Shown: positions 9,250-20,652 of the stretch, in pieces
Layout: the number at the start of each line of letters is the position of its first letter
Numbering within the stretch: the stretch's first letter is position 1
Assembly: GCA_965225915.1 (NCBI GenBank)
Contig: OZ245326.1
Span: 3,634,057-3,698,056, forward strand
Direction: 5' to 3'
Source of the DNA: a bacterium
GTDB taxonomy: Bacteria > JAAXHH01
Length of the DNA stretch: 64,000 nt
Notes under the pieces: generated by a model
Told to the model about the DNA's origin: nothing
What the model saw: only the letters and a program-made list of their open reading frames with translations
The model's database searches: none
Program-made: the position numbers and the translations under genes

Positions 9250-10116
9250 ATGCTGACTCAAATCATCCATTTATTGATGGCCATTCCTGACCTGGAAACC
9301 TGCCGCGGATTCTATGGCAAGGCGCTCGGTCTGCCTGAAATCGGAGTCGGCGTCGATAATCTCGGACAGGCTTTCTGCAGGTACCGAATCGGTCCGTCAG
9401 AACTCATCCTGCTGGAAGATCCCTCGGCATTGCCGTACGCCCGACTATCCGGCAGGGTCCGTACCGAGGTCGACCATTTCGCCCTTAACGTGGATGACCT
9501 GGACACCGTTTTCGAGACGCTGCAAGGCAGGAATATCGCCTTTCGAGACAAGCCGCACACTACCGAGCTGGGCCACCGCAATATGCAGCGGTCCCTGGTA
9601 TCGTTCGAGGACCCCAACGGATTCACCCTTCAACTGTCGCAGACAGTGGATCCTCGGCCCCATCTCGCCCCAAGAAAAGAAGCCAAGAAATCCATGGCTG
9701 GATTACAGAACCAGGAAACCAGTCTATTCGGCGGTATAGACCACGTTTCCAGCTATTGCACCGATTTCCAGACCAATCGCACCTTCTACCGGGATATACT
9801 GGGACTAGACGAGTTCTTCTACAGCACGACCCGGGAGGAGGGCGTGGAGGTTTCGGCCGGATTCGAACAGGGTGCTTTTGCGATCGGCGGTACGGACATC
9901 GAGCTGGCATCGGACGACGAATGGCATCGCCTCGCTCCGGGTCCGATTCGCGGTATGGGGTTTCTAACCGACCACATCGATCAGGTGTACGATATTTTGA
10001 GTTCCCGCAGCCTTCTATCCGCCGAATCAACCGAAGCCAGGATCCCACTCTATCCTGGACGAAACACCCTTGATTTCAGTAGCCCGGACGGTATGCGGAT
10101 GCAAATCGTGCAATGA
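9250..10116 (+). CDS. Two-domain VOC (glyoxalase/bleomycin-resistance) family protein
   Basis: Repeated FY..ALGL/ILGL, DHFALNVDDLD, FEDPNG and SPDG motifs. Confidence 0.8.
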   Translation: MLTQIIHLLMAIPDLETCRGFYGKALGLPEIGVGVDNLGQAFCRYRIGPSELILLEDPSALPYARLSGRVRTEVDHFALNVDDLDTVFETLQGRNIAFRDKPHTTELGHRNMQRSLVSFEDPNGFTLQLSQTVDPRPHLAPRKEAKKSMAGLQNQETSLFGGIDHVSSYCTDFQTNRTFYRDILGLDEFFYSTTREEGVEVSAGFEQGAFAIGGTDIELASDDEWHRLAPGPIRGMGFLTDHIDQVYDILSSRSLLSAESTEARIPLYPGRNTLDFSSPDGMRMQIVQ

Positions 10117-10234
10117 ACGAACCGGGGATGGTTTTATAGCGGGTGCGTGAGACCGATCGCGGGTCCGGGGCTGGAACGATCAAGCGTCCGGGAGTACGAC
10201 CTGGATGTTCTGTAGAGTAAAGGAGCTCATGTAG

Positions 10235-10987
10235 ATGGAATTCAACGTCCGGATCAAGGAAGACTTCGATCGCGATGGGTTCGTGTTGATGAAGGGCTTT
10301 TTGTCTTCAGGGGAAACGGCCGAGATCAACGATCGAATCCACCGCTTTATCGACGAGGTGCTGCCTCAAGCGCCGGATCCGACCGCCTTCTATGAGGACA
10401 AGGACGATCCCGCCTCCATCAAGCGACTGCAGAACATGGCCGACCTGGATCCGTATTTCGAGGATCTGTTCCAATCCGATCGGTTCATCGAACTGTCAAA
10501 ATTCCTGCTCGCGGACATGGTGATTCCCAAAAGCTCCCAGTGGTTCAACAAGCCGGCCCGGGTAGGCGGAGTGACCCCGCCGCACCAGGATGGATTCTAC
10601 TTCATGCTGGAACCCAACGAGGCCGTGACCCTGTGGATCGCGCTGAACGACATCGATGAGGAAAACGGATGCATGCGGTACGTGCGGGGATCCCACAGAC
10701 GAGGCATTCGGCCCCACCGTACGTCCAACATACTCGGTTTTTCACAGGGAGTATCGGATTACTCGGGCGATGACCGGGAGCTGGAAGTGGCGATGCGCGC
10801 CAGTCCAGGTGACCTGTTCGCCCACCACAGCATGACTATACACCGGGCGGACGCGAACCAATCCGATCGCCGCCGAGCAGCCCTGGGTCTGGTCTACTTC
10901 GCGGCGCGCGCCCGGAAGGACGAGGAAAAGGCCGAGCGATACAGGCAGGAACTCTTCTCCAGGTGGGAAAAGGAAGGCAAGATCTAG
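10235..10987 (+). CDS. Phytanoyl-CoA dioxygenase (PhyH) family Fe/2OG enzyme
   Basis: FDRDGF, HQD, WIAL, ENGCM.YVRGSH and H...N.S.R.R motifs. Confidence 0.9.
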   Translation: MEFNVRIKEDFDRDGFVLMKGFLSSGETAEINDRIHRFIDEVLPQAPDPTAFYEDKDDPASIKRLQNMADLDPYFEDLFQSDRFIELSKFLLADMVIPKSSQWFNKPARVGGVTPPHQDGFYFMLEPNEAVTLWIALNDIDEENGCMRYVRGSHRRGIRPHRTSNILGFSQGVSDYSGDDRELEVAMRASPGDLFAHHSMTIHRADANQSDRRRAALGLVYFAARARKDEEKAERYRQELFSRWEKEGKI

Positions 10988-11075
10988 AAAATCTCCAGCC
11001 TATACTGCTCACGAACGACACGCGAAGCCTGCCCTATGAACTAACAGCAGTAATTTCCTAGACGTCAGCGGCAAT

Positions 11076-11636
11076 TTAAGCTTGCCGCTCGGCCTCGCGA
11101 TCCTCCGCAAGCTGCGCACCCCACAGGTGCATGGTGTTGACCGGCTTGCCCTGAAGTTTCAAATAGTAGAACAACTGCCCCTTGTGCTGAGCAAGATGCT
11201 GTACCATCTCCATCATGCGATGGCCAAGCACGGGAGATGTCGGGTCCCACGGCGCGGGGGAGGGTTCGTTCTGCATTCTTTCCTCGCCGGCAAGCCTGAG
11301 CATTTCAAAAGCCAGGTCCCGGTCCGCCGCGAGCTTTTCCTTTGCTTCCGCCACCGAGGCGACGGTGGGCATCGCTTCAGCCGGGGGCAACAAATCACCC
11401 GATCCCATGTCGTCCACACTGACGCCTTCAGGCAGTCCGAAGTCGCCGGTTACGAATCCTTTGAACGCCATTCCGCAGGCTTCGGCCACATGGTAAAGCA
11501 GCTGGCCGGTCGTCATCCAGTTGTCGCCCGACAATGGTTTCCAGTCGAGATCCTCATCCTCGACGAGATCCATCAATCCATCTGCTGCATGGTAAGCATA
11601 TTTCAATTCATGGGTCAGTATGTCGGTCCAGTTCAT
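11076..11636 (-). CDS. DinB family protein
   Basis: LDWKP, LLYHV and HLAQHKGQLFYYLK motifs. Confidence 0.85.
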   Translation of the reverse strand: MNWTDILTHELKYAYHAADGLMDLVEDEDLDWKPLSGDNWMTTGQLLYHVAEACGMAFKGFVTGDFGLPEGVSVDDMGSGDLLPPAEAMPTVASVAEAKEKLAADRDLAFEMLRLAGEERMQNEPSPAPWDPTSPVLGHRMMEMVQHLAQHKGQLFYYLKLQGKPVNTMHLWGAQLAEDREAERQA

Positions 11637-11701
11637 GCTTGCTCCATTTCTCTACATCTCAGTAATTAGACGCGTTGATAGTTTACACCGGTACTTCTAC
11701 T

Positions 11702-12091
11702 CTATTCTTCCTTATTCGGTTCCAGGAGCATGATATAGTTACCGCATGTATCGTCGAAAATCGCCTGGATACCGAAGTCCTGTTTCGTGGGATCCACGCT
11801 GAACCGGACGCCCAGCTTCTTCAGTCGTTCGTATTCGGAAGCGATATCGTCCACGGAGAAAATGATAGAAGGCATTCCAGCTTCATAAACCTCCTTCTGG
11901 AAAACCTCTGCGAATTTAGTACCATTCGGTTCGAGCAGAAGCGAAGTACCATCCGGTTCTTCGGGAGAAGCTACGATAGCGAGGTTGGCCTCGGGGACAT
12001 ACATCACTTCTACAAAACCAAGTACCGATGTATAAAACTTGTACGCCTCGTGGGGATCGTTAACTATGATTCCCGTCATCTCGATTCGCAT
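11702..12091 (-). CDS. VOC family protein
   Basis: FYTSVLGF, FSVDDI and FDDTCGN motifs. Confidence 0.9.
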   Translation of the reverse strand: MRIEMTGIIVNDPHEAYKFYTSVLGFVEVMYVPEANLAIVASPEEPDGTSLLLEPNGTKFAEVFQKEVYEAGMPSIIFSVDDIASEYERLKKLGVRFSVDPTKQDFGIQAIFDDTCGNYIMLLEPNKEE

Positions 12092-12187
12092 TTTTCACTT
12101 CTCCTTTAATCTGCATCAATTTGTGATGGCAATTACTTGCGAAATTTAAAACCAGGGATTCAGTCAAGGTAACTACGAAAGGTCGTT

Positions 12188-12409
12188 TTAAGCACCAGAA
12201 CTTCGGAGCACTTCTGCGATGTGCTTTCTGCCTCCCGTCACTGCATGATCAAGCACGGTTTTTCCGGATCCATCCACCGCGTGAATATCGGCGCCGGCTT
12301 CGATAGTAAATTCGGTTACCTGGTGACAGTCGTTGTCCTGCGATGCGTTCATGATCAGCGGCGTTCCACCATAGTAGTCTCCGGCCAGCCGGTACATCCA
12401 TGAATCCAC
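12188..12409 (-). pseudogene. Ankyrin-repeat protein C-terminal fragment
   Basis: GGTPLIMNA...GADIHAVDGSGKTVLDHA...IAEVL; no intact N-terminus. Confidence 0.55.
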
Positions 12410-12657
12410 CCTGACGATGATTCTCAGGCCGGGTTACTTGAACCAAAAACCGCCCTACCTGGATTGTGTGCCGAAAAACCCGGTTAAAGTACAAACTAGG
12501 TGCGCAGAACGCTACTGATTTCGACAAGTTTTGCATGCCCGACAATTAAGGTCCGGATGTTTACAGGTCATCGACTGCCTTCTACATTATCAGTCAGTAG
12601 TTCTGTAGTGATGATTCATGGGCTGGCAAGATTGGCACGGATATACAAGGAGCGAAA

Positions 12658-13325
12658 ATGGCCAGGGTCAGGGTGCTGGTGGGCACTCGTAAAGGGGCGT
12701 TTATCCTCTCGGCGGATGGTGGGCATAAAAACTGGAAAATTGACGGTCCGCATTTTGGAGGTTGGGAGATCTACCACTTCAATGGCTCCTCGGTCAATCC
12801 GGATCGGCTGTACGTATCCCAGACCACCGGCTGGTTCAGGCAGTTGCTGCAGCGTTCGGACGACGCTGGCAAGAGCTGGAACACGGTGAGTAACGAATTC
12901 ACCTTCGAGGGAGAAGTGGGCACCCACCTTGATTTCGACGACACCCGGCATCCCTAAGAGTTCAAGCGGGTCTGGCACCTCGAACCTTCGCTATCCGAAC
13001 CGGATGTTCGTCGCTATATCCGCAGCAGGAGCCTTCCGCTCGCTGGATGGCGGAGAATCCTGGCAACCGGTGAACCGTGGATTGCATTCTGATTTTATGC
13101 CGGAACCGGAAGGCGAGACGGGCCATTGAGTCCATCGCCTCGCCATGCATCCGTCCCACCCCGACGTGCTGTTCATGCAGAACCACAGGAACGTTATGCG
13201 CAGCGACGATGGGGGAGATTCCTGGACCAAAGTGAGTGGCAACCTGCCCAGCGATTTCGGTTTTCCCATCAGCATGCACTCCCACGAACCCGAAACGGTC
13301 TACGTCGTTCCGATGAAGGGTGATT
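12658..13325 (+). pseudogene. BNR/Asp-box (sialidase-like) repeat protein pseudogene
   Basis: [10 protein letters not shown] start; Asp-boxes [16 protein letters not shown] and SDDGGDSW; TAA at 12955, an internal deletion with frameshift, TGA at 13127, and 3' truncation. Confidence 0.8.
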
Positions 13326-13426
13326 CCCTCAGCTCGGTGGAACCATCCGGGACTACGAGACCGCGCGCGCGGCGAGGAACCCTTCCTAATCGTGGGTTCG
13401 GTGGGCGGGGGTTTGTAAGCGGCGGA

Positions 13427-14182
13427 TTACGAAGCGCCCAAGTCACGCAGGATGGCCGCCTCGCGACTAGCTTCTCTCCACTCCGGGTCAAATGCGAACC
13501 GCTCCGCGTATCCCCTGGGCGTCAATTCCAAAACCTCGTCGAAGAAGTGATCTTCCCTCTTGTGTACGCAGTCCATGACCAGGTCGTTGTCACCGGGATT
13601 CGACTGGATGTAGGCCTTCACATCCAGATGCGGCTCCAACTCCAGCAGATTTTCGAACACGTGGAAGCCCGTTCCCTGGTTGGTGCCGACGGCGTGGTAC
13701 AGGGGCGTCTGACCTCCCACGCCGTTCCTTCCCACCGCAGCCCTGGCGTTTAAATCGGCGCCGTGCTCCAGCAGCAGGGCGATCGCATCCAGTTCGTGAT
13801 ACTCCACAGCCACGTGGAGCAAGGTACTACCCCGCAGCGTGAGATGATTTCCGTAGTCGAGCGTGAATCGCGCGTCTACGAGACCCGCGTCCGCGTCAAG
13901 GCGGTCTTCCAGCGCGGCCAGGTCTCCGCGGTGAATGTCCATGACCGGGCCGTCCTCATAGTCGGCGCCGGAATCGATCGACAAATTGATGCAGGTGTGG
14001 AGATGATCGGGGGACGACCGCGTATAGGTCTGCAGGAAGCCGTACCGGACCTCACAGTCCCATCCCTCGTTCCGCGCGTCGTTCGGATGCACACCCAGGG
14101 CCAGCAGACGCCTCAAGTGTTCCAGGTCATGCCCTTCGCAGCAACCGAACAGCGAGGCGGCCAGGTTTCCTTGAGTAGTCAT
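13427..14182 (-). CDS. Ankyrin repeat protein
   Basis: [10 protein letters not shown]...[11 protein letters not shown]...GQTPLYHA. Confidence 0.8.
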   Translation of the reverse strand: MTTQGNLAASLFGCCEGHDLEHLRRLLALGVHPNDARNEGWDCEVRYGFLQTYTRSSPDHLHTCINLSIDSGADYEDGPVMDIHRGDLAALEDRLDADAGLVDARFTLDYGNHLTLRGSTLLHVAVEYHELDAIALLLEHGADLNARAAVGRNGVGGQTPLYHAVGTNQGTGFHVFENLLELEPHLDVKAYIQSNPGDNDLVMDCVHKREDHFFDEVLELTPRGYAERFAFDPEWREASREAAILRDLGAS

Positions 14183-14207
14183 GATCGTGGCGTACTTTCA
14201 ATGGAGA

Positions 14208-15848
14208 TTAGTTAAGTATCTTCGCGATATCTTCGTTTCCGGCTTTCTGCGCCCGGGCGAGGGGGGTCGCCCATTCCGCGCCTCCGCCCCTGGGATCCGC
14301 GCCGCGATCCAGCAGAAACACCACCATGTCCCTGTGCCCCCAGCGCGCGGCCCATCCCAACGGCGTCGAGCACCACTCATCATCGATAGATTCTATGGCC
14401 GCGCCGCGATCCAGCAACAGGGCGGCCTTATCCACGTCTCCGATCGCGGCCAGCTTGTGCAGGTAGGTAACCCCATGCCAGTTCGCGTTGTTGGGATCGG
14501 CGCCATGATCGAAGAACAGGTTCAGCATTTCGAGGATATCGTCGTGCGTATCCTCGGGCCCCCATTTCAGCTTCCATCCCTTGCGCCGCCGAAAAGCGTA
14601 TCCCATGTAATTGTTGGCGTACCACGGGCGGTTCAGTTCGGCGCCCGCTCGGATCAGCATTTCGATGATCTCCTTGCGGGCGAACCCGGCCGCCATGCAC
14701 AGCACCCCGTAGTCCCCGCCGTAGTTGGCCAAGCCGGGATCCGCTGCAAGCAACTCGCCCACGACCGGAATATCGTCCAGCAATACGTACATCCCGATAT
14801 CGGCTGAAGCTCCATGTTGGTAGAGCAGGTTGATCATCTCCTCGTTTTTATCCTGGCCGAGGGCCTGGGTCAGGGGATTGCCGCTAGATTCCACCGGCGC
14901 ATTGGGGTCGGCCCCGTGATCGAGCAGGAGTTTCGCCGTTTCCAGGTGATCTCCCGCCACGGCTTCGTACAATGCGTGACCGCGTGGCGCATTGTATTCC
15001 GGAGCATTGGGGTCCGCCCCGTGGTCCAACAGAAGTTGTACGATGTCTGTGTATCCCTGACCAGCCGCACTGAACAGGGGCGAGAACCCGCAGGTATCCT
15101 GATCATTTGCAGCGTTTCGATCCCGCGCGAGAAGTTCACGCACACGCCTTTCGTCTCCAAGGGCGCACGCAATCGTCATGCTGTATTCCGCTCCTCTTGC
15201 AATCAGGTATCCAGTCAATAGCGGGTTGCTGCGTCCCTGACTTTTCCTGGTACGAAACACGGCCAGGTGCAGTGGCTTGCACCTATCCCAACGGACGGGA
15301 TCCGGTTCGGCGCCTTTATCCAGAAGCAGGGCCGTCATTTCCAGGTTGTATTCCTCCACGGCCACGTGCAGCGGCCGGTTGCCCCGTTCATCTCCGGCAT
15401 TTACAAGCTCCGGCGAGGTATCGAAAAACGCCCGGGCTTCTTCCAGGTCGCCCTCCCGAACGATCTCGCAGGCGCGCTGGCCAACTGGAGGAGCTTCGTA
15501 TCTGTTCGCAATCGCCTCCGTCAGCAGACTGGATATTTCGTCGTATCCACGGTCCCGGGCCCGTTCCAGCGGCGGTACATGGTACTCGAGTCCCGATGCC
15601 GCAGCGGGAGCCGCACCCTGGTCGAGCAATACGCGAACCGCTTCTGTGTGTCCTTCCCTGACGGCGAAGTGAAGCGGTTGATAGTACGCCCAGTTGCAAT
15701 TGGCCAGTCCTGGATCTTCTTTCAACAGGATTTTCATCCTGGCCAGGTCTCCTTCTACCGCGGCAAGCAGCATATCCCACACCTTGTCCGGCTCGCCGTC
15801 CATGAAATTACCTTGCTCGTTCATAAAATCGGGCCGAATCCATTTCAT
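14208..15848 (-). CDS. Large ankyrin repeat protein
   Basis: About ten PLHxA...LL..GA.PN repeats; start chosen at MKWIRP after a GGAG RBS. Confidence 0.85.
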   Translation of the reverse strand: MKWIRPDFMNEQGNFMDGEPDKVWDMLLAAVEGDLARMKILLKEDPGLANCNWAYYQPLHFAVREGHTEAVRVLLDQGAAPAAASGLEYHVPPLERARDRGYDEISSLLTEAIANRYEAPPVGQRACEIVREGDLEEARAFFDTSPELVNAGDERGNRPLHVAVEEYNLEMTALLLDKGAEPDPVRWDRCKPLHLAVFRTRKSQGRSNPLLTGYLIARGAEYSMTIACALGDERRVRELLARDRNAANDQDTCGFSPLFSAAGQGYTDIVQLLLDHGADPNAPEYNAPRGHALYEAVAGDHLETAKLLLDHGADPNAPVESSGNPLTQALGQDKNEEMINLLYQHGASADIGMYVLLDDIPVVGELLAADPGLANYGGDYGVLCMAAGFARKEIIEMLIRAGAELNRPWYANNYMGYAFRRRKGWKLKWGPEDTHDDILEMLNLFFDHGADPNNANWHGVTYLHKLAAIGDVDKAALLLDRGAAIESIDDEWCSTPLGWAARWGHRDMVVFLLDRGADPRGGGAEWATPLARAQKAGNEDIAKILN

Positions 15849-16071
15849 CACTCTATCTCCGAATGTACCGTCCGTCGACGGTGCGGAATAGTTCAGGAGA
15901 CTTTCATTTATAGTATAAAACCAGCTTGCCAAAAGCCAGGCCGCGATCCGTATCCGGCACCGAAAGGATTGGGCGGACAACTTCATAATGCAGTTGAAAA
16001 TGAAGGATCTTGAAGCGTAGCGGCGTCACATCGCGCAGAACCGGGTCATTTCTGAACATGGATTCGTCTGA

Positions 16072-16986
16072 TCAGGTCCCGCCGGAACCGTAGTCCGCCA
16101 GGAGATACTGTACGGCCAGGTTCGTGAAATCACCCCATACGGACGCGAAATCCCGAATGCGTTCCTCGGAAACACGCTCACCATCGAAGTAGTGCCGCTC
16201 AATGGATCGTTTCACCGCAAGGTCGCCCGCGGCGATGGCGTTTCCGCGACCCAGGTAGCGAGCCAGAAACCAGTCAGCCGTCCACCTGCCAATTCCCACC
16301 AGGGCCGTCAGGTTCTTCTGAACCGAGGCGTCGTCCATTTCGGCCAGTCGATCCAGTTCGATGTCACCGGATCGGATGGCTTGAGCCAGGTTCAGGATAT
16401 ATCGTTCCTTCTGCCTGGAGAACTGTAGCGGCAACAGGTCTCCTGGCTGCAGATCCGCCAGGATCCCGGGGGTCGGGAAGGCATAGCATTCTTCACCATC
16501 GACCTGCAATTTCTCCCCGTACTCGGCCACCAATCGGCCCCGCACCGTGTAAGCGAATCCGAGGTTGATCTGCTGGGCCGTTATGGAAGCGACCAGCATC
16601 TCGAAGGGGTCGACCTGCAGGTTGGGACGAAGGCCGTAATGAGCACGGATCGACGCGGTTAACACCGGGTCATCCGATGCGAATGCGTAGAAATCCTGAA
16701 GTGGATATGAGAGACCCAGGATCTTCTTTGCCGCCACGCGCGCAGCGTCGATAGCCGATGGGTCCGAATCGCGGGCCTCACCCTTCGATTTCAAAGACAG
16801 TTCGATCTTCTTTCCGGATTGATACAACTCAAACAGGCAGAGGCCCATCGGCGTTCGAACGACTTTGCTCAAGACGCCGTCCTGGAACCGGTTTGCCAGA
16901 TCGCTGCCATACCGCCGGTAACGATCCAGGGTAGCCTCGAAGTCGATGATCGTGCCTTCATCCGCAACTGTGTAAACCGTGGCCAT
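16072..16986 (-). CDS. alkA: DNA-3-methyladenine glycosylase, AlkA/HhH-GPD family
   Basis: DPFEMLVASITAQQI, AFPTP, HhH motif LVGIGRWTA and GDLA. Confidence 0.85.
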   Translation of the reverse strand: MATVYTVADEGTIIDFEATLDRYRRYGSDLANRFQDGVLSKVVRTPMGLCLFELYQSGKKIELSLKSKGEARDSDPSAIDAARVAAKKILGLSYPLQDFYAFASDDPVLTASIRAHYGLRPNLQVDPFEMLVASITAQQINLGFAYTVRGRLVAEYGEKLQVDGEECYAFPTPGILADLQPGDLLPLQFSRQKERYILNLAQAIRSGDIELDRLAEMDDASVQKNLTALVGIGRWTADWFLARYLGRGNAIAAGDLAVKRSIERHYFDGERVSEERIRDFASVWGDFTNLAVQYLLADYGSGGT

Positions 16987-17064
16987 GCAGTCTGACTTTC
17001 CTCTTTCCATCGGGCCAGTGCGCTGAAAAACCATGTTTCCGGATCCGGCGTTAAAGCTAGCCGA

Positions 17065-17418
17065 TCAGGATTCCAGAGACTTCCAAAGTCCGATGGATGT
17101 TCCCTCATTGTCGGTTATCCAGGCAAATTGCCCCATGCCCGGCACCTCGGTGGGAGGTACCACTGAAGATCCGCCCAGTTCTACGGCCTTCGCAACGTAT
17201 GCTTCGAGATCGTCGACCTGCACATAGATCAGCGTGTAGTTGTGCGGCTCATGCCCAAGCGCGGAAATATGCCCGGTGATACCCGTTTCATCCTCTGGTA
17301 TAACCATGGATGCATGCTCATGGGACTCCATTTTCCAGTCGAAAAGATTGCTGTAGAAGTTCTGCGTTTCTTCGCGGTTCTTGCAGCCGATCTCGAAATG
17401 TACGACGGGGTTTGCCAT
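17065..17418 (-). CDS. VOC family protein
   Basis: MANPVVHFEI...YVQVDD...GQFAWITDNEGTSIGLW. Confidence 0.9.
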   Translation of the reverse strand: MANPVVHFEIGCKNREETQNFYSNLFDWKMESHEHASMVIPEDETGITGHISALGHEPHNYTLIYVQVDDLEAYVAKAVELGGSSVVPPTEVPGMGQFAWITDNEGTSIGLWKSLES

Positions 17419-17491
17419 GGTGCTCTCCATGGTGTTTGTGCAATGGTTAAAGACTGCGATCCACTTGTGGTGCGTAGTTCCTCTGTTGCTT

Positions 17492-18086
17492 TTATCTTCT
17501 GTACCAGTCGTTAAGCCCGTGCCCGGCAAGAATCATCGGCATGATTTTCTCCAGGCGCTTGTTTCTGGTGTCTTCTCGCCTGGCTTCGGCGATGTATTCC
17601 GCGTACTCCCTCCTTTTCCCCGGGGAGAGCGCGTCGAACTGTTCCCCGGCCTTTTTGTTTGCGGCCAGCGCAGCGGCCAGTGACTCGTGAATCTCAAGGA
17701 GTTTATTCCTGTCGGCCTTGATTTCTCTTCCCTGTCTCTGGTTTTCGATGGCTTCTATTACGTAGGCACCCAACAGTTCGTCATTGATCTCATCCTCGAA
17801 CCGGATACGCCACTGCCGCATGGCCTTCGTCCTTCCCTCCTGGGCGGTTGACCAGCACGCCGTGCTCGTCGCGCAGCAGCGCCCCCTGGAAGAACCACAC
17901 GCTGACGAATTCCTTGAACGCGCCTAGACCTACCACGTTCTTACCACCATGGGCATAGCATGGCTGTCCCCACTTGACCGTCTCATCCAGGTCGGTCTCA
18001 TTCAGCACGGCCCGTAACCGCTCCAGCAGCGGTCTCCATTCGTCGTGGCCCGCCAGATAATCCTGCACCGTCTTGAATCGTTGCAA
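17492..18086 (-). pseudogene. YdeI/OmpD-associated (DUF1801 + OmdA) protein with one +1 frameshift near 17846
   Basis: ETVKWGQPCY and WFFQGALL; removing one C gives VNAQEGRTKAMRQWR...FDALSPGKRREY..YI.EA.R..TR..R. Confidence 0.8.
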
Positions 18087-18108
18087 AGGTCTTCCATTCT
18101 CGAGTGAT

Positions 18109-20652
18109 CTACGTACGCGTAACTTCGGTTGAATCTACCTCTAACCGACCGGTTTTCAATGTATTTCCGAACAGGTTGAGCCGGCCCGATATGGCGGTTT
18201 CGACGTCCAGGTCGTACGCTCGGGATACGGTCGTGACGATGGGCCGGATCTGTTTCTCAATGTAATGGGTGTAGTCGATCGGAGATGTAAGCTGTCCTTC
18301 CGGCTGCGGCCCGTCCCGCGTGATCACGTATCGAATGACACCAGAGGGGCTATCCATAAGCTTTGCCGCTTTCACGTGGGGCGGAACCGATCGCGTGTAG
18401 GATTCCACGGGCTTCCGGAGGTTCTTACGGTATACGAGCAGTTCGTCCTTTTGACCGGTCTGCACCTCCTGGACCCAGTTGAAGATCTCTTCTTCGATCT
18501 CAGCGCCTGACACCTCGTGAAATACCCGGTCGAGCAGTACGGCCTGCAACTGGTGGGCCAGGTCGGTCCAGTCCCGCCGGACGGCCTCCATGCCCACGAT
18601 TTCAACCAGGTCGCCCTCCTCCCCTCGACGCAGCCCCGCATATCCCTTGGCCCGGCCCCGTTCGCTGTCGCCCCGCATGGATGGAAGCAGAAACCGGTGG
18701 TAGAGTTTTTCAAGTTCGAGTTCGAGGAAAGAGGACACGCCGTACCGTTCCATGACGTGATCGGCCAACCTTGCATTGATCCGATCGCATACTTGCCGCC
18801 CGAGTTCCATGGCCCCGGTCGAGTCTGCGGGATCGGCCGAATTAAGATCAACGAACAGTGAGTCGGTATCTCCATACAGAACCCTGCATCCGTCCTTTTC
18901 CAGCTCATCACGGCACCATTTCAATATGTAGTGCCCGAACTCCGTGATCGCTCCGGCCAGTTGGGGCGCGGCGAACCTGCAGGACGCCGAGGCCAGCACG
19001 CCGTAGAAGGAATTCATGACGATCTTGTAGGTGAACGAGGCCAGGTCGTCCCCGCTTGCCTTGGCTTCCTCGCGACTTTTGAAGAACTGTTCCAGCATGG
19101 AAGGGAGTATGCCCGGCTTGCGGGAGAACCGTGCGCCGTTGGGGGCTTCGAGGGATTCTTGCGGATGCTCGCCTACTGACTCGTGACCCTGCGCGCCGGG
19201 ATCCCCATACGAATGTTCTTCCCGCGCCTCGATATGCGCCAGGGGATCGATGTTGAAAGTCCGGATGATGGACGGATAGAGACTCTTGAAGTCGAATACG
19301 AACACGTTGCGGTAAAGACCCGCTTTGGAGGGAATGATCAGGCCGCCGGGGGCGCCCGCTCCGGGCGTGCGGTCGACACCGGTCGTCGGCGCCACCATAT
19401 TCCGGCGATGGAGCGCGTTGATGTAGATATTGTCGAAGGCGGCCACGCTCACCCAGGCTCTTTCAAGGGGCAGGCCCGTGAGCAACCCCCTGCGCAGGGT
19501 CAGGTTGATTAAGCCCTCCGCCTCGAGGATATCCAGTACCAGCCGGGCATCCTCCAGGCAGTAGGCGCAGAATGTCGCTCGATCCTCGCGATAGACTTCT
19601 GTGATCTTATCCGCCCGCGAAGTCCCGGCGTCTTCTTCAAGGAGCTTGCCCCGGCCCAGGATGGCGTTGGCTACCGTGTCCAGTCTGTAGTCGTCGAACC
19701 TCTGCAGCGTTCCGCGGAGGAGATGGAGGGCGTCCAGGATCTGGCGGCCGTGAATGACCATGGTGCTGCCGCCCCATACTTCACCGGAACGATACCAGGA
19801 TCGATCATCCGTCCGTCCGAGCTGGAACGGTACGTTCAAGTCTTTGCATCGTTTCTGCAGGACCTTGAAATCAAAGTCGACCAGGTTCCATCCCGTGAGC
19901 AGGTCGGGATCCATTTCCAGTATCCGGTCCGACACCCCGCGCAGCATCGAAGCCTCGTCGGACCAGCAGACCAGCTCCGGAGGATCTTCGGAGGCGGGTT
20001 CGCCGACCATGTGGATCTCTTCTGCGTCGCTGGCCTCCTTGGGATCCGACAGGACCAGGCCCACGGCGTAAATCGTGGACGCCTCGGGATCGGTTTCGAT
20101 ATCCAGTGCTAGCACACGGAAAGCGGGTTCCCAGTACGCGGGTTCAAGCGACGGGTTGTTGTAAACACGGTCCACCCGGTCGCCGGGTACCCAGGAACCG
20201 GTTATCCTGACACCGCCTCGAAGGCCATGACCGATGAGATATTGCCTGCCGAAGGGTATGTCACCTTCGTAAGTCCGGGTACCCTGCGCTTCCAGCGCCT
20301 TCACCAGGCTGCGCTGATCGCGTACGCGATCGCACTGCACGCCGATCACCGGTTCGCCGTCCATGGTGGTATATTCCGAGGGGATCACCCTGGCTGAAAT
20401 CTCTTCTGAGCGGATTCGGCCGATGGTCGCCTTTTCTTCGGAGACCCGCACGTAGAACGTTGGCGGGACCCGGTCATCCCTGAACTGGAATGACTGGCCA
20501 CACTGAAGTTTACCGACACCACAGATGACATCGCGGCCGTTCACGGTACGATGAAAGACATGGAGCAGGTATCCCACGTCTTCACCCGTGGTTTCGATCC
20601 CAGGGTCTGAGGCGGTACCGCCTGTCTTGCTATGATGCGGCGAAATGTTCAT
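18109..20652 (-). CDS. polB: DNA polymerase II (family B)
   Basis: Exonuclease motifs LDIET, GWN..DFD and YCLED; polymerase motifs [17 protein letters not shown] and YGDTDS; C-terminal clamp-binding-like RLNLF. Confidence 0.92.
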   Translation of the reverse strand: MNISPHHSKTGGTASDPGIETTGEDVGYLLHVFHRTVNGRDVICGVGKLQCGQSFQFRDDRVPPTFYVRVSEEKATIGRIRSEEISARVIPSEYTTMDGEPVIGVQCDRVRDQRSLVKALEAQGTRTYEGDIPFGRQYLIGHGLRGGVRITGSWVPGDRVDRVYNNPSLEPAYWEPAFRVLALDIETDPEASTIYAVGLVLSDPKEASDAEEIHMVGEPASEDPPELVCWSDEASMLRGVSDRILEMDPDLLTGWNLVDFDFKVLQKRCKDLNVPFQLGRTDDRSWYRSGEVWGGSTMVIHGRQILDALHLLRGTLQRFDDYRLDTVANAILGRGKLLEEDAGTSRADKITEVYREDRATFCAYCLEDARLVLDILEAEGLINLTLRRGLLTGLPLERAWVSVAAFDNIYINALHRRNMVAPTTGVDRTPGAGAPGGLIIPSKAGLYRNVFVFDFKSLYPSIIRTFNIDPLAHIEAREEHSYGDPGAQGHESVGEHPQESLEAPNGARFSRKPGILPSMLEQFFKSREEAKASGDDLASFTYKIVMNSFYGVLASASCRFAAPQLAGAITEFGHYILKWCRDELEKDGCRVLYGDTDSLFVDLNSADPADSTGAMELGRQVCDRINARLADHVMERYGVSSFLELELEKLYHRFLLPSMRGDSERGRAKGYAGLRRGEEGDLVEIVGMEAVRRDWTDLAHQLQAVLLDRVFHEVSGAEIEEEIFNWVQEVQTGQKDELLVYRKNLRKPVESYTRSVPPHVKAAKLMDSPSGVIRYVITRDGPQPEGQLTSPIDYTHYIEKQIRPIVTTVSRAYDLDVETAISGRLNLFGNTLKTGRLEVDSTEVTRT

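Noticed and set aside
13127-13129. In-frame TGA at an apparent Cys position (GH*VH) in the BNR gene, as a second selenocysteine
   Set aside because: The same gene has a TAA stop, an internal deletion with frameshift and a 3' truncation, and I see no hairpin after the TGA; a nonsense mutation is simpler.
13145-13753. 202-aa ORF as a real gene
   Set aside because: Only the first ~58 codons are BNR-like; the rest is read-through antisense to the ankyrin gene.
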